Below, one piece after another: positions 15,471 through 20,941 of a stretch of 20,941 nt of DNA; positions within the stretch are counted from its first letter, which is position 1, and every line of letters starts with the position of its first letter. Below the pieces are notes generated by a model. That model was given only the letters and a program-made list of their open reading frames with translations. It did no database searches and was not told the DNA's origin. This stretch comes from Candidatus Altiarchaeota archaeon. GTDB taxonomy: Archaea; Altiarchaeota; Altiarchaeia; IMC4; SCGC-AAA252-I15. The position numbers and the translations under genes are program-made. Where the stretch lies: positions 1-20,941 of the forward strand of contig JAZDIN010000053.1 in the NCBI GenBank assembly GCA_043804895.1. The letters run 5' to 3'.

Positions 15471-16373
15471 CTAAACCCCTAGTATCTTCTTCGGGTTGTC
15501 TTGCAGCATTACTTTGAAGTCTTTACCCTCCAGACCGTGTTGTTCGAGTAGGTTGATGTATTGTTTCAGGCTTTCGCTGCTGCCCGGGTTACTCTTCTGG
15601 CCTGCGTCGCTTGTTAGTACGATTCTTTCCGGCCCGATTTCTTTTATGCACCGGACTTGTTCCTGGAGCGGGTAGTCCCCGGGGTGGTCGCGGTCCAAAT
15701 ACATTATGTAACAGTATTCTATGTACGCGCCCTTATCAGCGAGCTTCCTTTGCACTTCAATGGGCATAGCGATTTCCTTCTGCATCGGATGCGTTATTAT
15801 CGTCGGAATCCCGCGATCCAAGGACTCACTCACAAGTTTCTCTGACTCCTGCCAGGATATGTGGCCTGTCGCGAGGATGCACCCCATCTCCTGCATCATC
15901 GCAAGACAATGGTTGGCCTTCCTTATGAGCTTACCTGACCATTCTGTTACCCTGATGGCCTTCAAATCGTCCTTAGTCCTTGGCTTGAAGTTTGGGTCCT
16001 TCACCCATTCGGGGGGTATCTCGTACTTGCTTTTGTTCTTTAATAGGTGGTTTTCTGCGTGGACTGTCGGGAACCAAACGATTATGGGGTTGTCTTTGCT
16101 CATCACCGAGCTCGCGTATATGGCGCTCTCGTTGAATCCGCCCATGAAGTAGTTCAAAGTCACGGAACCTATGAGTTGCATGCCCTTAGGGTCTTTGAGT
16201 GCGTTTATCAGCGCTATCGTCGGGAAACTGTGCGACTTCAAGGCGACTCCCTTTATTTTCCCGCTCTCCTCTTTGACCAACTCCTCCACAGTGTACTTCC
16301 TAGGCAGGATGTCGGGGCCGATGTGGAAGTGGAGGTCGTACGATTCCCTTAGGAGTTCATCTATGCCGTCCAT
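15471..16373 (-). CDS. DUF6282-like TIM-barrel metal-dependent hydrolase (amidohydrolase-related)
   Basis: Motif order DLHFHIGPD, ALKSH, VWFPT, ATGH, ITHP, YIEYC and TSDAGQ, ending in NPKKIL. Confidence 0.75.
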   Translation of the reverse strand: MDGIDELLRESYDLHFHIGPDILPRKYTVEELVKEESGKIKGVALKSHSFPTIALINALKDPKGMQLIGSVTLNYFMGGFNESAIYASSVMSKDNPIIVWFPTVHAENHLLKNKSKYEIPPEWVKDPNFKPRTKDDLKAIRVTEWSGKLIRKANHCLAMMQEMGCILATGHISWQESEKLVSESLDRGIPTIITHPMQKEIAMPIEVQRKLADKGAYIEYCYIMYLDRDHPGDYPLQEQVRCIKEIGPERIVLTSDAGQKSNPGSSESLKQYINLLEQHGLEGKDFKVMLQDNPKKILGV

Positions 16374-17604
16374 GATGCACCTCCAGCTTAGACTCGCAAA
16401 CCACCCTACCCCCCCTTATCACATTGGGTATCACCGGCTGCCCGTTCAACGCGTCTCTGTGACTTGCTGCGTTTAATATGATTAGGTCAGCTTTACAACC
16501 AGGCTTTACGCCGTAGTCCAATCCCATAATCCTGGCGCCGTTTACGGAGGCCATGTTGAAGAGGCTGCATGGGTCATGGGCGCCTGTCATCCTGGTCGCG
16601 GATGCGAGTACGTGCATCTCCCTGAGGATGCTGCAGTTTCCAAGGGGGTAGAATATGTCGCGTATGTTGTCAGTCCCCAACGCCACGTTCACCTGCGCGT
16701 CCAAAAGCTCCTTCACCCGTGTGATGCTGTTTGCTGCCCTCCGGTGGACTCCATCTGGTACGCGAAACTGCGTTATCAGGTTCGCGCTTGGGGTTACTAT
16801 GACGTTCAACTGCGCCTTCACCAAGAGCTTTATCGTCTCTGATGCGACTTTGTCATCGACTGCTGACAGGGATATACAATGCGTCGCACTCACACGACCC
16901 TCCATCTTGTTCTCAATAGTCTTCTCAGCAAGCATCGGTAGAATGAAATCCTGGGGGTTGTTGCTCTCATCAACCTGAACCTCAAGGTCAACGTCATATT
17001 CCCTAGAGAGCTCGAACAGTACTTCCAGGTGCTGTTCCTGCTCCTCCCGAGTCTTCTCAACAAGCGGGAGGCCGCCCAAGAGGTCGGCGCCCTCCTCCAA
17101 TGCGTGTTCGACCATGGCCCTGGAGCCTTCCTCCAATACGCCCTCCTGCGGGAAGGCGCACAACTGTAGCGTTACGCCAGCTTCATCTTTTAGACCCTTT
17201 AGAGCTAGTAGTGGTTTCAACCCTCCAGTCGAATCAACATCCACTTGGGTTCTGATGGCAGTCACGCCGTTTTCTATGAACTCCCGTATAACTCTGCCAG
17301 CACGCTCTCGAATATCCTCGACGGTGTAACTTCCCTTGAACGTCTTCAGTAGCTGTCGGTTGCCCTCAAGGCTTCTGCCGAAGTGTTCCGGCCTCATCCG
17401 AAAGAGGAGGTCTGACTTGTCGAGGTGAGTGTGGACGTTCACGAAACCCGGGGTGATAAGGCGGCCTTTAGCGTCAAGGCCTTTTCCGTTCAGCCTCCCG
17501 ACCTCCGTGATGTAGCCGTCTTCTATGAGGATGTCAACAGGTTCAGGTGAGCTGATAGTGAGTGCGTTTTTTATCAGCAGGTTATCTTCTGAGTCAGCCA
17601 CCAT
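16357..17604 (-). CDS. Cytosine deaminase (CodA)-like amidohydrolase with an altered metal site
   Basis: Motifs PGFVNVHTHLDK, RTQVDVD, AFPQEG, QVDE, ATHC, TRVKEL, GTDNIRDIFYPLG and ADLIIL. Start reassigned to ATG 17604. Confidence 0.8.
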   Translation of the reverse strand: MVADSEDNLLIKNALTISSPEPVDILIEDGYITEVGRLNGKGLDAKGRLITPGFVNVHTHLDKSDLLFRMRPEHFGRSLEGNRQLLKTFKGSYTVEDIRERAGRVIREFIENGVTAIRTQVDVDSTGGLKPLLALKGLKDEAGVTLQLCAFPQEGVLEEGSRAMVEHALEEGADLLGGLPLVEKTREEQEQHLEVLFELSREYDVDLEVQVDESNNPQDFILPMLAEKTIENKMEGRVSATHCISLSAVDDKVASETIKLLVKAQLNVIVTPSANLITQFRVPDGVHRRAANSITRVKELLDAQVNVALGTDNIRDIFYPLGNCSILREMHVLASATRMTGAHDPCSLFNMASVNGARIMGLDYGVKPGCKADLIILNAASHRDALNGQPVIPNVIRGGRVVCESKLEVHHGRHR

Positions 17605-17629
17605 TTGAATGGATATGAGATGGGCGAGA

Positions 17630-17637
17630 TATAAATA
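17630..17637 (-). promoter_or_regulatory. Putative TATA box (TATTTATA) for the CodA-like/DUF6282 operon
   Basis: About 25 nt upstream of ATG 17604, inside the small inverted repeat GATAT-AA-ATATC (17628-17639). Confidence 0.5.
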
Positions 17638-17690
17638 TCCCACTAAGGCGCCGGTTTTAAAGGGGGCATATCATATATGTAACGATTTTT

Positions 17691-18653
17691 ATGAGGAGAC
17701 TGTTGCTCATACTGGCTTTCGTGGCACTTTTTTCAGGGTGCATATGCTGCGGTGGCAAGGACCCGTCAAGCTTCTTATCCGATTCTAGCGAAGATGAAGA
17801 GGAGCCTTTATGCGAAGCGCCCTACATTGAGGGCGGTGTAGAGTGCTGCCTAGACCAAGATGACAGCGGAGTCTGCGACAGCGAGGAAGGCTCCCAGGAG
17901 GATGAAGTAGAGGAGACTACTGAGTCGACTGAGACTACACAGCCTGAGACGCAGACTACCCAGCCTACTTCTACTACTCAGGCAACCTCAACAACGCAGA
18001 CTACGGCAACAACGATAGCTCCGACGACAACAATACCGGCAGGAGAATGCACCTATGACATGCTACTTTCCTGTAAGGAGAACACCGATTGCGGGGGAGC
18101 CTGCAGCGGATACTACGTTTTCAGGCTCACCTCAGGGTGGAAGGAGTTCATGGACACAGGCTATGAGTTCAGGTTCAAAGACAGGGAGGGGGCGGAACAG
18201 ACACTCAAGTACATTATAGAGGTTAAGACGCCAGAGGGCATAAAGGATGAGCGACCAATCTCGACAGGGGAGAGCTTCGTCGACTACCTGCGGTTGAAGG
18301 CCATAAACTACGGCGAGGAACAACCTAAGGTTTACGTCAGAGTCAACACAGAAGACCTCTCGACGATACCGTCACAGGCCACCCTCATCACGGTCGGCGG
18401 CCAATCCTGCGCTCAATCAGGCGAGGGAATGTGCGAGAGAAACTACGGAGGCTACAAGATTCGGATGGCGAACAGGATAGAGAACGGGGCAAGCATCTGG
18501 ATAACCGGATCAGACGGCGTGCAGGTTAAGACGCAGGTGACAGGCTCGGCGAAAACATTCTCCCCAGACAACGGACTTGTAGTCGGCGGATTCTTCGACC
18601 CAAAACACTTCATCCAGGGAGGATACAACCTATTCTACGTTTACACAGTGTGA
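17691..18653 (+). CDS. Cys-rich putative lipoprotein/surface protein with a Thr-rich linker
   Basis: Signal peptide ending in the lipobox-like FSGCICC, acidic segment, CCLDQDDSGVCD motif, Thr/Glu/Gln-rich stalk and a beta-rich C-terminal region; 13 Cys in total. Confidence 0.8.
   Translation: MRRLLLILAFVALFSGCICCGGKDPSSFLSDSSEDEEEPLCEAPYIEGGVECCLDQDDSGVCDSEEGSQEDEVEETTESTETTQPETQTTQPTSTTQATSTTQTTATTIAPTTTIPAGECTYDMLLSCKENTDCGGACSGYYVFRLTSGWKEFMDTGYEFRFKDREGAEQTLKYIIEVKTPEGIKDERPISTGESFVDYLRLKAINYGEEQPKVYVRVNTEDLSTIPSQATLITVGGQSCAQSGEGMCERNYGGYKIRMANRIENGASIWITGSDGVQVKTQVTGSAKTFSPDNGLVVGGFFDPKHFIQGGYNLFYVYTV
17912..18036 (+). repeat. Low-complexity degenerate tandem repeats encoding the Thr-rich linker
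   Basis: Recurrent GAGACTAC/CAGACTAC/CAGCCT/ACAAC units encoding ETTESTETTQPETQTTQPTSTTQATSTTQTTATTIAPTTTI. Confidence 0.6.
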
Positions 18654-18655
18654 CA

Positions 18656-18988
18656 ATGCCAAAACTCCTTAAACCGACGCTGCGGGAGCGGAACCGCTAC
18701 CTGGTCTTCGAGGCCATGTCAGATAACGCATTAGAACGGAAGGATGTGGTCGATGCAGTATGGAGTTCGCTGCTGCGCCTATACGGCGAAGTCGGCGCTG
18801 CGAAGACGTCCCTGTGGGTCATGGACTGGGATGCGAAGAAAAAGATGGGAATCCTGAAGGTCAACCACAAAAGCGTGGACACGATGCGCTCGGCAGCAAC
18901 TATGGTGAAGGAGATTAACGGAAAAAGAACATCAGTCAACATACTCAGAGTCACAGGAACGCTGAGGAAAGCGAGACAAAACTTATGA
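18656..18988 (+). CDS. rnp2: Ribonuclease P protein component 2 (Pop5/Rpp14 family)
   Basis: N-terminal PTLRERNRYLVFE, LYGEVGAA and C-terminal LRVTGTLRKA. ATG lies 2 nt after the upstream stop. Confidence 0.88.
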   Translation: MPKLLKPTLRERNRYLVFEAMSDNALERKDVVDAVWSSLLRLYGEVGAAKTSLWVMDWDAKKKMGILKVNHKSVDTMRSAATMVKEINGKRTSVNILRVTGTLRKARQNL

Positions 18989-19471
18989 GGCGTTCCTCAA
19001 GGCTGTGAGCTTTTTCAGTTCATCCCTCATCTTCCTTGAGCCCTTGCCCAAGTCAGCCTCCTCAATCTTCTCACCGCACTGCGGACACGTGAAGCCCAAC
19101 TCGATTGCGGTGCCGTAGTCGACCCTCCTACACCCGCACTCGAACACGATGTCATCGGATCCTGAAAGCTTGCTGTCCAAATCCCTTATTTTGCAGTCAA
19201 GGTATTCGTCCACATACTCCCTAAGCTTATCCTCCCTCCGCACCCACTTGTAATAACAGTAGCCTGTGTCAAGTCGGTCGCGGTCTAAACGAACAAGGTT
19301 CTTCACCAGAAGCTCGTTCAAAATGGCCCTCACCCTCGAAGTCTCCAGCTTAACCTCCTTAGAGATCGCCTTATCCTCCATAGGCGTGTCAATAACCTTG
19401 ATCACCTGAGTGAACTCGTCACCAAGCAACTCGACCAAAACCCCGCCATAAACTCCGCCCAAACCGGCCAT
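18983..19471 (-). CDS. tfe: Transcription factor E (TFE/TFIIE-alpha) homolog
   Basis: Winged-helix segment (EDKAISKEVKLETSRVRAILNELLVKNLV...TGYCYYKW), then the Zn ribbon FECGC...AIELGFTCPQCG and a coiled-coil tail. Confidence 0.8.
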   Translation of the reverse strand: MAGLGGVYGGVLVELLGDEFTQVIKVIDTPMEDKAISKEVKLETSRVRAILNELLVKNLVRLDRDRLDTGYCYYKWVRREDKLREYVDEYLDCKIRDLDSKLSGSDDIVFECGCRRVDYGTAIELGFTCPQCGEKIEEADLGKGSRKMRDELKKLTALRNAS

Positions 19472-19495
19472 GACCTACATAATGACCAACACAAG

Positions 19496-19503
19496 TATAA
19501 AAA
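19496..19503 (-). promoter_or_regulatory. Putative TATA box (TTTTTATA) for tfe
   Basis: 24 nt upstream of ATG 19471. Confidence 0.55.
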
Positions 19504-19546
19504 CATGTCGGATGACGATTTAGAGGTCAACGAGGCAAAAAAGATA

Positions 19547-20941
19547 TTATCCTAGCCTGTTTTCAGCGTATTTGTTCAAGGCAGATACAGCCCTCTGCAT
19601 ATCTGGAAAGACTGCGAATCCGGCCCCCTCTAAAGCCTCGTACTCAGCAGGGTAATCCATTCTAGTTCCTATCAGGGACATTATAATAGGTTTTTTGTAC
19701 TCCTCACTCAAGCGGACAATGCCTTTCACAAGTTCGGATGCCCCAGAATCCTCGGGTTTAAGTTGCATTGCCTCCAGCACATGTTTTTGTACAGTCTCAT
19801 CTCCGAGGACATCTTCCAGCGAGACGCCAACGCCTCCGATGCTTTTAGCAGCTATCACCTTGGTCAGACTCCTGCCTATTGGACCGACCTTGTCCATGTC
19901 AATTCCCAGTCCTGGCACGGAGGGTATCAGACCCACAACCAGATTATCCACGTCTTCGCTAGAAATGAGTCTTTCCATCACCTCCAGCATTTTGGAAGCC
20001 TTCATAGCGCCCGACATATCCAAGGGAATCTTGATGTCGACAATAGGGGGGACAATCTTCTTCAAAGATGCCTTGTCATCATCGCTAAGTTTCGTAAAAA
20101 TTAGGCTGCCTTTCTCCTCAACTGCCTGGATGCAGTCAGCGCCGCCAACGCTTGTGACAGCCGTCCTGCGGTCAACCACGTTTTTGCTCGCAGGCGAGGA
20201 GGATATGCGAATCGCATCCTCTAATTCAGTTGGTGTTTTTACAACCCAGACGCCGGCCTGCCTTAGGGCGGCGACTGCATTATCATAGTCCCCGGCCACA
20301 TTCGAAGTATGCGACGCAGTAGCCTGAGCAGCCTCCGTAGTCTTGCCGGCTTTTAAGACAATCACTGTCTTGCCGGCCTTTTTAGCTTTTTCCGCCTCCT
20401 TGGTGAAGGCTTCGCCTTCTCCGGGCTTGAACGACTCGATGTAAAACGCCAGTACGTCGATGTCCGGCCTTTTTCTGAAATAACCGAGGAGGTCTGCGGG
20501 GCCGACGTCAAGCTGGTTTCCTGTTGAGACTACCGCAGCGGCCCCTGCGGCTTGCATCCGTTGGCCGAGTTCGTCTATGATTTCCCCGCCGCTCTGGGAG
20601 ATGAATGCGATGTTGTTCTTCCCCCTGGAGGGTATTTTAAGTTTCCCCGGACCTTGGAAGAATAAGTAGTAATTCGCATCGTCTGCGGAGACTGACAAGC
20701 CCATAGAGTTGGGGCCTATAACCCTCACGCCAGAGCCTTCCAGTATCTTTTTCATTTGTTCGTTGAGTTCCTTGCCTGACTCGGCCTCCCCAAAGCCGGC
20801 CGATATTATAAGCACAGACTTCGCCTTTTTTGAGTCCACGATATCCTTTAGGACAGCAAGACAATCCTTAGCAGGCACTGTGATGACAGCAAGATCCACT
20901 GATTCCTCGATATCTGAGAAAGATGAGTGGACTTTCTGGCC
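19547..20941 (-). CDS. ADP-forming acyl/acetate-CoA ligase alpha-type (CoA-binding, succinyl-CoA-synthetase-like domains), 5' end outside the window
   Basis: The frame is open to the window edge (GQKVHSSFSDIEESVDLAVITVP). Motifs ISAGFGE, RVIGPNSMG, AFISQSGG, STGNQLD, YIES, LKAGKT and ASHT (phospho-His). Confidence 0.85.
   Translation of the reverse strand, partial: GQKVHSSFSDIEESVDLAVITVPAKDCLAVLKDIVDSKKAKSVLIISAGFGEAESGKELNEQMKKILEGSGVRVIGPNSMGLSVSADDANYYLFFQGPGKLKIPSRGKNNIAFISQSGGEIIDELGQRMQAAGAAAVVSTGNQLDVGPADLLGYFRKRPDIDVLAFYIESFKPGEGEAFTKEAEKAKKAGKTVIVLKAGKTTEAAQATASHTSNVAGDYDNAVAALRQAGVWVVKTPTELEDAIRISSSPASKNVVDRRTAVTSVGGADCIQAVEEKGSLIFTKLSDDDKASLKKIVPPIVDIKIPLDMSGAMKASKMLEVMERLISSEDVDNLVVGLIPSVPGLGIDMDKVGPIGRSLTKVIAAKSIGGVGVSLEDVLGDETVQKHVLEAMQLKPEDSGASELVKGIVRLSEEYKKPIIMSLIGTRMDYPAEYEALEGAGFAVFPDMQRAVSALNKYAENRLG

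Noticed and set aside
17912-18036. Possible CRISPR or DNA-level repeat array
   Set aside because: The units are short, degenerate and in frame with a Thr-rich linker, with no constant repeat-spacer pattern. No CRISPR array or cas gene is seen in the window.
212-20864. Numerous short antisense or alternate-frame ORFs in the track (e.g. 2045..2620, 5024..5500, 7319..7930, 9775..10284, 19695..20288)
   Set aside because: They are shadows of well-supported genes, with Ser/Pro/Arg-rich translations and no motifs.

Overview
Archaeal chromosomal window of mostly housekeeping genes. PolD DP1/DP2, TFE, RNase P Pop5, TATA-like boxes about 23-29 nt upstream of many starts, and the Cys-rich 'GCICC' surface protein are compatible with an Altiarchaeota/DPANN-like lineage, although the taxon is an inference. 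Left to right: a partial GT-C glycosyltransferase; a secreted protein; a deaminase plus methylthioinosine-type phosphorylase operon for SAM by-product salvage; a highly structured ~150-nt intergenic element; an exported protein; DUF47-PiT phosphate uptake; a serA-like/DP1/DP2 unit transcribed divergently from pyrD-pyrK-pyrE-pyrF; an AT-rich orphan; a CodA-like/DUF6282 amidohydrolase pair; a Cys/Thr-rich surface protein; rnp2; tfe; and a partial ADP-forming acyl-CoA synthetase. The best novelty candidates are the four-hairpin element at 3835-3982 (candidate ncRNA, riboswitch or IS200/IS605-end-derived scaffold), the CodA-like enzyme with His-to-Gln changes at its metal site paired with DUF6282, and a kb-scale G+T versus A+C strand-composition oscillation.
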